Origin: Octopus vulgaris | Lineage: Eukaryota | DNA length: 64,000 bases | Reading direction: 5' to 3' | NCBI GenBank assembly: GCA_951406725.2 | Contig: OX597814.1 | Location: 152,086,001 to 152,150,000 of the forward strand | Shown here: positions 25,631 through 41,057 of the stretch, piece after piece | How the letters are laid out: every line of letters begins with the position of its first letter | Numbering within the stretch: position 1 is the first letter of the stretch | Notes under the pieces: model-generated | Seen by the model: the letters and a program-made list of their open reading frames with translations, nothing else | Databases searched by the model: none | What the model was told of the DNA's origin: nothing | Program-made: the position numbers and the translations under genes

Positions 25631-25680
25631 TAATAATAATAATAATTTTAAAAGTAATAATGATGATAATTAATAATAAT
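25413..25680. repeat. Compound triplet microsatellite (TTC)n-(CCT)n-(TTA)n-(CAT)n-(TAA)n
   Basis: Direct reading. Similar compound arrays lie at 23757-23975 and 28315-28465. Confidence 0.95.
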
Positions 25681-26340
25681 CATGAAATAAAATTTAGCAA
25701 ATTATAGAAAATAATGTCATTAGAAAGGCGTAATTTAGCTCCTGCCCAGACCATGAAAACTCACGGCTGCCAGAGGCATGTAAAGTTATTTTAAATTACA
25801 CCTTGAAGTAATAAAGGTTGGCTCAATATCTTGTAACATGATCCAACAACAGAGACGAAGATCAACCCTTTTTGCCTCCATCTCCCGACTTCTTTTTCTT
25901 TCTCTTTTTTACCTGTATTATCTTACTCCCTCCTCTCTTCGCAGTCATCAGATTAGTTTTTCATATTCTCCTGTTCCCCCAACCAATTTATTGAGTTGAT
26001 TTGTTGTGCTGGAGAGGATATAAAGATGAGGAAACGCGGGGAAAAGGAGAGGAAAAGAAAGAGGGAAGAGAATGAATGAGTTATACAAATATTGTTTATA
26101 ATCTCTGTAAAGGAAATGTTTGCAGAATTGATAGCAAGAACACAAATAAAACATTTTCGTTAACCCGAAGAAGAAGACAAAAAAAAGATACTTGTTGAAT
26201 AATAAAAGAGATTGATAAACAAGTTTGCAATCAAATGTCGGAAGGATACGTATGTGTATATATATATAAATATATATATGTATATCAATATATTTACTTT
26301 TAAGTAAATAAATGCATACACTTGCATATATACATACATA

Positions 26341-26444
<104 letters not shown>

Positions 26445-28754
26445 TAAATATATATATATATGTATATATATATACACATATATATGTATGAGTAATCTTT
26501 ATAATATATTAAGTGCTTTTTGTTCCACATATGTGTAGCATGTACATCTATAGATGTATATCGTTACACAATAATCGATACGTATGTGTGTGTGTGTGTG
26601 AGAGAGAGTGTGTTTATGAACGTGTGCGTATTCTTTTACAGCCACAACATACTCTCTCACACATAGTTGCATCCATATTCCGCTCTTTGTTACTGAAACA
26701 GCATAAGCAATGTAACGGACTATCCACCGTGAAGCAAAAGGAATAAATCATATATATTTGTACAGCTTATTGATTTATCAAGGAATATTGCAAATGAGAA
26801 TATTAGTGTTCAGTTTTATTGTTATTTTTTGTCGGCTTTTATTATAAATATTCACACCTCAATGAAGGTTGTGAATAAGATTTAAATACACACACACACA
26901 CACACACACAGAGGCACACACACGGCATTGCATTATATATTACATTAAAGAGTGTTGGTGTTGGAGATGTCATCAGAGGTTCGTCATATATAGTATTTGC
27001 TTTTCAACGCTCAATGTGGAGCTGTCTGTTTCTTTTCTATATTTTCTATGTTTTGTTAGAGTATATCTATATGTAATTTGTTTAGACTGGGTCTATTTTT
27101 TAACGTTGCACTCATAGAACTAACCGAAACAGAGCCGCCGAAAATATTTGTTTCAATGAATCTTGGGTATAAAAGGATCTGCATGATACACAATATATAA
27201 AACCTTTTCTGGACTTTTCATTACACTGCTTAGCTGTACCAACTCTTCTATTATTTTCAATAAACGTGTTTGATCGATATGCAAGAAATAGTGTCCAAAA
27301 CTCCTAATATCCCATCCTCTAGACATAAAAAGGAAAGAGGTAACATATAGATTTAGGATAATGTAGTTTTGAAAACATTATATGTTGATAGGATGACGTC
27401 TCACTAAAGTGACCGCACACTAACGTGACCACACCCTTAGATTTTGTGGGTTAGGTTCTTGACCCAAAAGGATATTAGCAATGTAAGCAACGTAACAGGA
27501 TATCCGATTTCTGAGTCACTAACGGCCAGGAGAAAATAAAGATTTTTATATACTTGGTCTTGTGAATTTAAATCTGGTACAATTGTTTAACCATTCAACT
27601 TTCTATGAAGGTTTCTCTTATGGTATCTACCGCAGTATAGCTTGTTCTAATAGAAAATCCACGTTATAGTGGAGATAAATATTAACTCTCTATTCTGTCA
27701 AATGTAATACTTATTTATTTATTTGAATTGATCGTGCATTATCTTGTAGCTTCAAGATTTTAATGATGCGATCGCTTATTTTTAGAATGACATTGTTGGG
27801 TAGGTGTGAGAGGTCAAATTTAGCGAGTTTGAAGATAAATCAGACAGAATATTTGGACCAAATACGACCGGTTTAAATTCTGAAGATTTAAAGTGCTTTA
27901 TAATACCATCTTTATATTTATCTTTTAAATCCAATTTATGACTTTTGATGATCCAAGTCAAATTTAAAGAATTTCTTAGGAAAAAGAGAAAAGCAGCCCC
28001 TGTTTGAGAGAAAGTATTGGAATCATTTTTAATATCAATTTTTATTATTGCTTTTATGGAAAATGTTCAAAATTTTGCGCTAAGACCATACCTACCTCAA
28101 ATTTTACCCTATTGTCTTTAAATGAAATGCAGTGAATAATATGATCCAAGATATACCGTGTCGGAAAAAAAAAGATGGGATGATTACAGTTGAGATACCT
28201 TTTGATTACAGGTCTGTTGATCAGAAATTAAAGTTACGAATAACGGATACCATCAATAACAACAATAGAACATGCAAAGAAAAAAATTATAACAAATAAA
28301 TTGATTGCAGATGAGAAGAAGAAGAAGAAGAAGAAGAAGAAGAAGAAGAAGAAGAAGAAGAAGAAGAAGAACGGGGAGGAGGATGATGACGATGATGATG
28401 ATGATGATGATGATGAGGAGGAGGAGGAGGAGGAGGAGGCAGCGGCGCGATGACGTCGACGAAGAATTTCATACAATATGATTTTGTAATCATCAGGATA
28501 GTCACAAGTCACGCGAATTATTTGCTATTGAAATATATTTCTTTCATCTTTTTAAAATTACATATGAAACATATTCACCAAGAATAAAACGCCTGTTGGA
28601 GCTGCATGATTTAATATGTAACACTATGAAACACGAAGAACATAGTGCAAGCTTGTTTCAAAGACACTGACTTTTCACTCCGATTCATAGTCATTCGTTG
28701 TGTAATTGCCTATTATGTATTTATTTTTGCTTAATTGCTTTAACTTTTCTAATA

Positions 28755-28965
28755 TTACTTTCAAATTTTGGCACTAGGTTAGTAACTTTTTGGAGAAGAA
28801 GACGATTACATCGACTTCAGTGCTCAACTTGCACTTATTTTATCGATCCCGAAAGGATAAAAAGCGAAGTAAACCTCGGCGCAGTTTGAACACAGAATCT
28901 AAAGACGGACAGAATGGACCTGAGCATTTTGCCCGGTGTGCTAACGATTCAGCCAACTCGCTGGC
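28755..28965 (-). mobile_element. Nin/Deu-like tRNA SINE
   Basis: ttttatcgatcccgaaaggataaaaagcgaagtaaacctcggc..gctaacgattcagccaactcgc. Confidence 0.75.
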
Positions 28966-29425
28966 TTTATTAACTTTCCTAATATTGCAAAGCATGGACA
29001 TAGTTTCGAGTTTAATTCCAATGTACATCACCTTGCCGAAGTATCTTCTGCTATAGCTCCTTGTGAGCGAATTTGGTAGGCGGACACCATGTGGAAGCAC
29101 GCCAAATATGTGTATGTGTGTGTGTGTCCGCACGTGCATGTGCGCGTATCTTTGAGTTTGTTTCTCCACGGTATGAACCAGTGTTGGTTTGTTTACAATC
29201 ACCCCCTAAACGCACCTAGTGGTTCGGCAAGAGAGAACACTAGGATTAGTATGAGATCTTTTAAATAAAAATGTACTCGAGCCGATTTGTTGGATTAAGC
29301 CGTACGAGGTCGTGCCCCAACATGGCCACACTCCAATGACTGAAACAAATAAAAGAAAATAATTAGAGGCAATTGTACACACACACGCACACACATACAT
29401 ATGTGTGTGCGTGCATATATACATG

Positions 29426-29471
<46 letters not shown>

Positions 29472-29604
29472 CTTATATATATAGATATATCACCGTGACC
29501 GACCAGGCTATCAGATGTTGCTACACATCGCTGGTCACAATGCCATTTTCATTATTGTAGCCTTCAAGTACAAGTAACGCCACCCCGGTTGCTAAGCGTG
29601 CAGG

Positions 29605-29671
<67 letters not shown>

Positions 29672-30334
29672 CATATATATATATGAATATATGTGTGAGA
29701 GTGTGCGGGTGTTCGTGGGTGTGGGTGTGTTTATTTATGTGTGCGTGCATGTGTGTGCTTGTATGTATGTGTGTATTTGTACACATGCCTCTAATTAAGA
29801 TTCAAGGCAAGCCATATTGGGTGAAGATTACATTGCTACCATTATTTCTCAGATACTTTATTTTATCGACCTCGGAGTGATGAAAGGCAAATTACTCGTA
29901 GAACTCGGCAGTATTTGAACTCAGAACGTTACAAGGCGTGAACAAACACCACAAGGTATGATTCCGACTCTATGACGATTCTAAATAACATATAATACTT
30001 TACGAATCAGCTTTTTCCCCTTCAACTTAGTTTTAAAATGAAGCCGGAAATTACCAGTAAAAACGTTAGATACCCATTATTTTGCGGAGCAGAATAATTT
30101 TAGATATTCTGCAGTGGCTTATTTATATTGCATAGACCAAAAGTTACAACGGAGCTTTTGTTAGAAAGCATTCATCCTCGTCTAGTCAACATCTAATTTG
30201 AAAAGCTGTCACTTTTCACATTTGTACATCTCCATGGAGATCACTGATAGTATACAGTGAGTCAGATATGATCAGATTTGAAAGTTTGAAGCCGTCCATA
30301 TCTACCCCTTGTAATGTTAGAAGTATGTGTATAA

Positions 30335-30372
<38 letters not shown>

Positions 30373-30708
30373 GTGCGTTTGTTTGTGTGTGTGTGCATGC
30401 CTTTTTTTTATTTCCTTTTTTTCTTGTTTCAGTCATTTGACTGCGACCATGATGAAGCACCGCCTTCAATGATTTGAATCGAACAAATCGCCCCCACAGC
30501 ATACTTTTGAAAGACTTGTACTTAATCTATCGGTCTCGTTTGCTGAACCGCGAGACTACGGGGACGTAAACACACCAACACCGTTGTCAAGCGGTGGTGG
30601 GTGACAAACAGAGACACACGCATATAGATACGCACGCATACACACACACGAACACACACAAAAACGCACACACAAATACACACACACAGACACACACTCA
30701 CACACACG

Positions 30709-30751
<43 letters not shown>

Positions 30752-30960
30752 GACAGGCTTCTTTCAGTTTCCGTCTACCAAATGAAACTCACAAGGCTTT
30801 GGTCAGCACGAAGCTATAATAGAAGACACCCAAGGTGCCCTGGAATCGGACTGAATCTGGGACCAGGTGGTTATATAGTTGGCTTCTTACCACACAACCA
30901 CAACTGTGCACATATATGTATGTGTGTGTCTGTGTGTATGCATATACGTAAACATATATG

Positions 30961-30997
<37 letters not shown>

Positions 30998-31179
30998 CAA
31001 TATAAGGAATGGCCATATAGGACATTCGACTCACTAGAAAGAGCAGCCAAACTCAAATCGCTAAATAGTTGTAATTCTGAAATAGAAAGAGAAATAAAAA
31101 CGTTTACTTCTTTCATCTCTGGACTATGCATAGTTTCGGCAAACTTAGGCAAACAAATTAATTAAATTAAATTAAATTC

Positions 31180-31246
<67 letters not shown>

Positions 31247-31780
31247 CACAGACACACGCGCACGCAAACACACACACACACATACATTATAAACAGATGA
31301 ATGGGTTATCCGGTACTACTACAATTGTTTCATTAAGAGTTTTTATTGTGCTGTGAACATGGTACGGTGAGGTAGGCACCATGCACAACATCCATAATAT
31401 TATGCAATACATTATGCAAGTCTTAAACGCATCAGGCTTGCCAAATATACAAGCGAGCAGTGACACGCTGATGAATTAAAAACTCATCAACAAGGGAAAT
31501 TTTAAATCAGAAAAATAGGTCAGATGTAAAAACAAACATACACATTATGACAGCCTTTCAAGGATTGCTTTTCAACGTGGAATTAAGTCTGGGTTTATCA
31601 TTACATGGAAATACAAGACCTAGTAATTTAAAATATTCTTTTCATCATCTAAAACTCGCTTTGAAGCTTTCGAATATAAATTTATTATACATAATTATTA
31701 CAAACACTGCTATTCAACCTTCAATCATTTCAAATGTTTAAATTATACGCACGCGCACTATTTATTTCTGTCTGTCTGTC

Positions 31781-31828
<48 letters not shown>

Positions 31829-31829
31829 C

Positions 31830-31876
<47 letters not shown>

Positions 31877-32049
31877 TAATGCAAGCATATATGTATATTT
31901 TGTATATATATCTTTTTCGTACACACCTCCCCTCACACACGTACAATTCTTTTTAGCTCTTTTACTAGTTTCAGCTCGATTGCGGCGACCATGCTGGAGC
32001 ACCGCCATTAATTTTGCTTCACTTACATTACTTAAAATTTCCTCTGATA

Positions 32050-32375
32050 TGTGAAGTTTGGTCAATGAGAGACTTTTAATGTTGTTGCCCTTATTTGCTT
32101 TTCCTGCTGCGAGGAAGGTTCATCCAGAACTCTTGACAAGAGAAGATCTAGTTTTGTTTTGAAGATACCTATATCTATCCCATATAGGTCTCTCAGACTT
32201 TTTTGGGAGGATATTGAAAAGATGTGGGCCCTTGAAGCCCAAGCTGTTGCAGTATCTAGTCTTGTATCTTGAAGGCGATGTCGGGATCTTTGGCACTATT
32301 AAGTGGTGCCCCGTTCTGCTGCTTGCGTAACTTTAAATGCCAATATTTTGTACAAGTCCTTCCCACATTCTAAGG
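32050..32375 (-). mobile_element. CR1-group LINE 3' end
   Basis: The minus strand gives EGLVQNIGI..RTGHHLIVPKIP..RYCNSLGFKGPHLFNILPKSLRDL..FKTKLDLLLSRVLDEP. Confidence 0.75.
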
Positions 32376-32581
32376 AGTAGAGTTATAACTTTTTCAGCCT
32401 TCCCCCGTAGCTGTTCCGTGGCATTGAAACAATTTTCTTTATGTAGCTTTGCTGGATTGATCAAGTTCCGCCGTTTATACACACACATTCATACATACAA
32501 GCACATATACACTCCATGAATGTATTTTCTTTTATTCGTATTCGTATTCTGTATCTGTACATTTGAACACACATATACATA

Positions 32582-32621
<40 letters not shown>

Positions 32622-33384
32622 TACATGCAAGTATACATTCATAGTCTGTATGTACTCGAACACATTTGCATATATACACATATACACCAACATATAACTA
32701 TATACATACATCCGTACATTCATATATACATACATGTATACTTACATACATACACGCACAAATACATTGTAACTTTACACGCAGAAGCTAATTTGCTCAT
32801 TAAAACAACGTAATGGCGATCATCCAATCATTATAGTATAAGATCACCTAATTATACGCCACACGATCACAACACGTGTTAATTAATATTTCTTAGATAA
32901 GTTGGAATGATACTATTCAGCACTTAATAGAGTCAGTTTATGTCTCCAGCTCTTGACTTCTTCATTAACATTTACAACACAACGAGATACCCTTGACAGA
33001 GATACACACAGATCCATTACATCTCTTATTTCAATGTTTTCCTCTAGATTCCAAACGCACCCAAGTTACTCAGCCGATAAAAGATAGTAAACAGTCGAAT
33101 AAATTCAGTTAAATTTGCTGTTATTCCTGTTGTCGCTTTATCGCGTGTTTTATTGAAACATCACCAACAGTGAAGTTACTATTACCTTGTTTTCCAACCG
33201 AATGCTTTCGATCTAATTAATGCAATATTGCGCCGACGAAATTTAATAAAATATTCATTAGTAGACAATTTTGAAAAATGTTGCTAAATATTGTCCTTTC
33301 AATAACTATCAATTTATATAGCTGACCACCAGTTAGAACCGTTCGGTATAAATGCTTGTATTGATAGAAATATATATGCATGTG

Positions 33385-33446
<62 letters not shown>

Positions 33447-33565
33447 GAGAGAGAGAGAGAGAGAGACCTGTATGCTAAATGTAAAACTATATATCTATGT
33501 AAAATATATACATATATGTGTGTAAAATGTGTGTGCCTATATATGTATATATATATATATACATG

Positions 33566-33660
<95 letters not shown>

Positions 33661-34293
33661 ATATATATATATATATATATTTACTCATAAACACACACAC
33701 ACATAACTGAACAGCACAATATCTGAGTATAAGGGTCAACTGAAATTGTGCGTTCAACTGGCAATCGTTGTTATCCAGCTTCAGCAATCTATGAATAAGT
33801 TTCATGCTATCCATTCGTGTTCAATTTGCATGTCAGTGTTTGCTAATGTATTGGTCTAATAGGTCTGCAATTTCAAAGATACTTGCAAATACGAGCAGCT
33901 CTCCTGTAAAGAATTATGCATGAGGCTCGATATATATGTAAATGTTAATCTCGAAATGTATTCAAGGGTTTTTGGTGCGCGCTCTTTCGGTTAGAACACC
34001 GGCTTTGAGTTGCACGCAGGTTTCAAGTCTCTACAACATGTATTGAATACGCTTTTATTCGTTTGTAATCGAAAAGTGAATGTGTGTGTATGTGCGTGAG
34101 TGTGTGTGTATGTGCGTGAGTGTGTGTGTATGTGTGTGTGTGTGTGTTTTAGTATATTCGTGTGTATGCTATTTTAAACCACATAGTTATAACCTGAGCA
34201 TTTGCTGTTAGTGTGACTATATTGAGAGAAGTGTCGAATGCATTGCGAAGATCAAATTGACTGGGATTTCAGGGTTTCGGTCTATCGCCTGTC

Positions 34294-34353
<60 letters not shown>

Positions 34354-35759
34354 CACACACACACACACACTCACACAAACATGCATGTGTTTGTATAAGT
34401 ATGTGTATTAAGGCTCAGCTATAGCTATTCAGTACTCTTTCTCCGTTCGTTTGCACAGTCATTCGCTTGTGTATGAATGCTTGTATGTATGCATGTGTGT
34501 GCGTGTGTGTACGTATGTGTGTGCGTGTGTATGTATATGTGTGTGTGCGTGCGTGTCTGCGTGTCTGCGTGTGTGCGTGTATATGCGTGTTGTACGCGTG
34601 TGTAAACCGATCTAAACCGGTTGTAATTACTCTTTAACTTCCATCTTTCATCTATGTATATCATAAAACATCATAAGCTGTCTGTAGTCTGGATATTTCA
34701 CAAATAGCCATGTCAATTAACAACCATAATTCGTTTTTACAATAGATTAGTTTTCGTGTTTGGTCTCACAAGATTACAGAAGGTCAGATACGATAGATAA
34801 CATGTTTTATTTAGTTTAGATTGTCACGTGATCCAATATTCTGCGAATAATCATTTCCCCCCAACGTATAAACTAATTTTTGTAATAGAATATTATATAT
34901 TACAACTGAAAGGGGACGAAAGCTCTTCACCGACAGTATTATATACAAGCTTATACCCATCGAAGTAAGTGTCTGTAAATAACCATTCTTGCTTCATTGA
35001 TATACACTTCAATAGAAACGATCTGAATCAGATTTATCATCCAATACCACGTATCTCTATTAATGGTAAATAGAATTTTGAATGCTGTGAATGTTTAGTG
35101 CATTATTATCAACAGATACTTTATACTGCACACACTTCATAAAATCTTTATTTGATTTACGATTGAAACGTGTGACTGTGTAGAAGTATTACAATTGTAA
35201 ATATATATTAAGGCTTCCAATATTTTTGAATGTACAGTCACAGATAATGCGAATGTGTATAAGCGCTAGAGTTATGTCACGTGCATTCAATGAACAGAGA
35301 TATAGTTAGAGAAACAGAGATAGAATGAAGGAGAACGAGAGAGAGAGAAAGAGAACATGAGAATTACTTTGGTTACATAATGTCTACTTGACACATTTTC
35401 AGAGTTCATAGTATTAGTAATGCTATGCTAGCTGTTTCAACTGTTGCTTATTTTCAGATCGGTCTTGGTCGAAAATGTTCCAGTCGTGTCTTTGTGTAAC
35501 TTTGGCTACGGTGTCCTTATGCTTCGTTTCTTGCATAAGATATTATTGAGTAATTTGAGAGAGATTTGGAAGCTGTTTTTACCAGTCGTGTAACTGCGTA
35601 GAGATTTCCTCACTAGCTCGTAATTATATTATTTGACCAACATTTGAAAATTAAGTTGATAACTAGTTTTCATCCTGTCTAGTAATATTAATCATTATAA
35701 TGGTTATTATCACTATTTCATTAGTTTTATTATTTTTATTGTGTGCTTTCGCTGTATAA

Positions 35760-37105
35760 CCCAGTGTAGTTCTGTTTGTTAAAGATATGCCTTGTGACCT
35801 ATGCCTAGTGGTTTTAAATACTTCTTTTGTACTGAAAAATTATGGATGTGTAGCATTTGCTATTTCTTGTTTCTTTAGTAATATGGATCAAATAGTTTTC
35901 TTTCAGTCAGCCATCCAGGTATTCTTTTATGTTATTTACGAAAGGTCGCTGCATATTTTTTCCAACAAGCAATTCATGTTTGCCTGTTGAGTATATCTAC
36001 CAGAAATTTGGGACCATGTCACTTCCCGATGACTTCAACGTGATTATTTTTGCAGTGACTGGGCTATCTCTTGGGTTGATATGGTTTCCTTCCATTGTTC
36101 AGATGCTGAATTTATTGCTTCGAACATTCTCGCTTGTAATGACCCCTTTAGTATTATTATCCTCCATTACATTTATCTATTTCTCTTTCTATTGATGCTG
36201 TATTGATTTTTATTATATCTTTACCGAGGTTTTGATAAAACTATTTTATGTCAGAATTTATGCATTGATTCGAATCGTTTCTTTTTCTGTTGATCTTTGA
36301 CCATATCTGGCCCCAATCTCTATGTAGATGAATTAGCATTTATAAGGGAATATTCTCTGTGGCATTCTGTGAAACTTTTCGAGGAACGTGCTTGTAACAT
36401 CTATTTTCTGCTGGTATTCCATAATATATGTATAGCTTCCGGAATAAGAGTCCTTCAACTTTCTAATAGCTCTACATTTATTCCCTTTTGTCCAAAATAA
36501 AAAAACTACAATGAAAGTGAATAATTGTTTCTTCAGACCATTTATATATTCTACTGTAAAATTTGTATTCTGCTTTAGTTTGCGCTTTTGGTAACCTCTG
36601 GTATTATATACTTTTGGTAACCGCAGTACAAGGCTACAATCTGTAACCCTGTGTCGTGATTAAAACCTTTTAGCATCAGTAGTGATTCCTGCTTTGCTCC
36701 TCTACCACCGAGTTTTGTTTTTCTTTATTCACTTCCACTTGTTTAGTCTTCTGGGAGTATTGTCGATATAGCGCTATATCGTGCTCTTCTCTTGACATTT
36801 TGATATTTTGTAATTCTATCTTCAATTACTTTTTTAGCTTTGTTTTCTTTTTTTAAACATGTTCTCATGTTGGTTTTTGATCCTCTTAACTGCTGTCTAT
36901 TACTCTAGCTTTCAGTTAAATATTTGTTGGCTTTGTTGAGATTTATTTATGTTTTGAAGATATTTGTGTTATTTTTCCTTTTAGTTCTATAAATATTTTT
37001 ATAGTCTTAAAGTAGATATTTAAAAAAAAATTCTAGCTGCAAATTTCCACCTCTCTACATTCGTGTTCAATTTTTTCTGCGTCGGTTTTGCGATGGCGCA
37101 TTTTA
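35760..37105 (-). mobile_element. Heavily degraded APE-type LINE remnant
   Basis: A-rich minus strand with fragmentary reading frames, including an RT domain-0/1-like ..HRSQGISLTN. Confidence 0.4.
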
Positions 37106-37399
37106 AAATCAGTCATTAATTTTCTTGTTTGTTTATGCCTAGTCTTGGTAAACTACCTTCCAGTCAAGAATATCCTGGCTCTAACGTATTAACTAAACCA
37201 GCTAGTGTATTGATATCTATATAACCTTACATTTTGCATTTAGCTCAGTTTTAATGTATTTATTTCAAGCGCCTACAACACCTCTTTCTAATAGATTCTT
37301 CATTTTTTTCTTGTTTATGTGTATGTGTGTGTGATCTACCTAGTGTATTAATGCAAAAAGTTTTTGTAAATATATTTGTTATAATTCTCTTATTTTTAT

Positions 37400-37590
37400 T
37401 ACTGTAACGGGTATGATATGAATGGATTAATATTCACTGTTTCCCAGTTTACAAGTCTACTTTGGCGCATTTCTCCAAACTGAATTTTCTGCTAAGTTTT
37501 TGATGAATTCGTGAAATGGATGTTGCAGAGCTTCTAGTTGGTTGTTATCTCCAGTCTACACCCTGAGATAATCCACATACAAGAGATGGT
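37400..37590 (-). mobile_element. R4/Dong-like RT fragment
   Basis: The minus strand gives HLLYVDYL..DNNQLEAL.. and RKFSLEKCAKV (compare HLLYMDDLK..FGLEKCAK). Confidence 0.7.
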
Positions 37591-39549
37591 TGATTATTAT
37601 CGCTATTATTATTACTTATTTGTATCCATATTTTAGCCAAGTTAAGCATGTCGGCTGTTGCTTAGACTCAGACCAGCTATTAGCAATCCATTTTTATTTT
37701 TGTAGACAATTCTTATATGATTACATTATCCTGTGGATCCTTCCTCCTCAGACAGTAACATATGATTTCAGGGAAATTTGGTTACTATTTCTAACATGTT
37801 GAACAACTACATAGAAACTTCCTCTCTGGTCAGTTTAGTAGGTTGGGCAATGAAGTTCTATGATTTTCAGAACTTCTTTTATTGAATCTCTTTACTAGTT
37901 GTATTTTTGTAGCAACTGTTATCAATTATGTATCAATTGTTTCTTTCCTCTCAGCTCGAAATAAATTTCATTTAGTTGACTTTATTGGAAAAAGAGAATC
38001 CTTTTTGAAAGCTTGTTCAAAGAGGCCACTCATTATAAAAGTATACCCACTTTCAAAAATTTCTCGACAAACAAATATTTTAGAGGTAGGACTTAATCTA
38101 TAGTACAAATATTGCGTCTAAGTTTCATTGAAATGTGTATTCGAGTTACAAGACTGTACTATGACCAACTTGTGCCTGGTTGTTCGTAGCCTAAAACTGA
38201 AATCCAGTAATGAATTTCTTATACATTCACAATTTTTCAGAGTTATAGTATAGGGATGTTAAAATATTTCTAAAGAGAAGATGGCTGTGGCAGTGTAATG
38301 TTCATATCTTTATCAAAACCATTAGCAGAAGTGAAACAAAGATTTTAAGGGAGAAGAAAACGAAACAAGGTTTTGGGCTCAATTCGCCGTTATCTTCTTA
38401 CTATTTCCTTAAATCTAATATCATTTCATCAGTGTTAATATCTCTTTGTCTTGGATAGAATCCCGAAAGCAACGAACTAAGCATAATATCATAAGGTGGT
38501 TTGAGAAAGGTACCAAAACCATATGAAACATAGTCGTCATGAGCCACGTTACTACATCATATATGCCACTCTTCATAAAATGGTAAAAATGTCAGTTATC
38601 TTTAAGTTGCACATCTAACTGGATCGAATTTCAGCAAAGTGTATTTAATTTAAAGAGTTCAGCATATTAGCGCATAGTTTACCACAGAAAAGGTTGGATT
38701 TAAGTATTCTTACCATGTTTCAAATTCATGTGATTCAACTATGCCTGCGTTGCTGTACATATATTTTCCTTTACATCCATTTAATAATAAAATGTAGCTA
38801 AAAGTTGTTTGTTTGTTTTTTTGTTTTTCGGTAAAATTTTACCGACATTTTGTTTTCTGTCGAATGGAAGAGTTCTTTGCAAAAGAAAGCTAGTATACAA
38901 ACACAAATTTTCATACTATTAAATAAATAATGTTTGCTATCTATTCTTCTCTCTTGTGCAACCAGTGAACTTACGATAATAACATATACCTCATATTAAG
39001 TACAGCTAAACTCAATTACCAAGATTTATCCCCAGGTGCAATTTTCGATAAAGTCACATGACAGTTAAACCAAAAATATTGTTTCAGCACAGCAAGTCAG
39101 TTAGTATTCACAGTAGCATAGGAATAGACATGTTGTACAAAGCTTGCAAACTAACACATTGTTTCACAATATATAAGACAATAAATGTATATATAGACAC
39201 ACATTCCTTCAATAGTTCTACTAATAAGAATAATACTCAAGGGTATAAGGAATGTAATTATACCTACATCTATACGTATACTCACACGTATTAAAAGATT
39301 TACGAAAATACACGCAGCTTTGGAATGAATTCATAAATAAATAAATTACATGTCCATGCTGCAAGTTGGCTCCCAGGCAGCTGCCTTTACGTGTTTCTAT
39401 TGTTTCATCAAATACAAATGAATAAGTATAATGTACATTATATATATACACACGCATATACTGTATATTAGTGGTATCATGACTCTAGCAAGACAATAGG
39501 TCTATAACGATTTTAACGTTTATATCCATAAGTATGTGTGTGTTTTGTG

Positions 39550-39604
<55 letters not shown>

Positions 39605-39954
39605 GCACATACACACACTCACACATACACACACAAATGCACATATATATATATACACATACATACGTATATGTACATGCATGTGTGTATGATTGAATTT
39701 TATAACGTACTTGATGAAAGAAACAGTAAGATGTATATTTAATATAGATTCTACTAAAAATCACAAAAAATCAACAAATTGAAACATGGTCTTATAAAAC
39801 CATATCATTTTTTTAAAACCAAATTTCGTACACGAAAAGAATTTATATGTATATAAAGTAGAAACACACCACACATGAAAATACACGCACACATACGTAG
39901 TGAAACGCACATACGCACACATATATTTGAGTGTGCGTGTCCGTATGTCCGTAA

Positions 39955-40400
39955 TATCATGTTCAAAGTATTGTTCAGATGCAATTCCTTGCATTTCTTC
40001 CATTCATCAATCAGTAGAAAGCAACTCACCAGATCGGTAAAGCGTTTCTGTTTAAATTATTCAATTTTTGCTCCTTCATATTACCCAACTTGCTCTTGTA
40101 CATTTCAGACATTTATAACGAATCAAAACTTCTGAATGGCTTACATGCAAAGTTCTCTCAGCCGTGATATTGGATTTTCCATATCTAACGTACCCACCTG
40201 TACCATGTAATCGTTCCAGAAACCAACACATCAAGAACTATATACAGTTTTTTTTTTGTCCCAATGATGGACAATGTTTCAAGGTGCCTTTCCTTTTTAA
40301 TTTGTTTCTATTATACACAAACCCTTAACTAGTCAAATTCCACGATAGATGAAGCAATTTTTCATCCTTTACTCATTCTGAATCGTGAAGCTTATGATCT
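39955..40400 (-). mobile_element. Degraded mariner transposase C-terminal remnant
   Basis: The minus strand ends ..EWKKC/IASEQYFE, resembling the mariner RWxKCIxxxGxYFE terminus. Confidence 0.4.
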
Positions 40401-41016
40401 GGTCCTATTGGCATAAACTATTAAATAAAGTCAATAGTCAGTTTTGTGTTAGCATATTTAATGCAGTGAGCACAGAATATTTAAGTAGAAACACCGATGT
40501 GGAGGGGAAAATGCAATATTAACTCGACTATTTAGCAGCCTGGTGTTAACATGTCTAGTGCAGAGGGTGAACAAAACATCTATGAGAAGAAATTAGAAAC
40601 ACCTATGTGAAACATCTTTGCGGAGAAGAAACATCTATATGGAGAATAAAAGATATCGTAATTTCGTTAAGAATGAGAAACAATTCAAGACACGTTTCAA
40701 ATCTATCAGATCTCATCTGCGAAGCATAGATTTCAAATTACTGGCCGAAGAAGTGAGAGACTTGTTCAGTAGTAATGTGATGTTGTAAACTCGGAGATCG
40801 ATTACTCTGAGACGCTATCGGCAAGAAAAACAACTGTTAAGTGAGTCATATCATATCTCATGCATGGCGCATTAAAAGTCTAAGTAAAAGTAGTTATGTG
40901 ATGAGAAACAACACAATAATCTACTTTTGCATCCGTTCACGCGATGCAAAATATAATATATACACAAACATACAATCAAAGTACGTACACATACACACAT
41001 GCACTCACACACGCAC

Positions 41017-41057
<41 letters not shown>

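Noticed and set aside
25915-25960. Minus-strand CTGATGA-ctgc-GAAG as a hammerhead
   Set aside because: GAAA is not intact and stem III cannot form.
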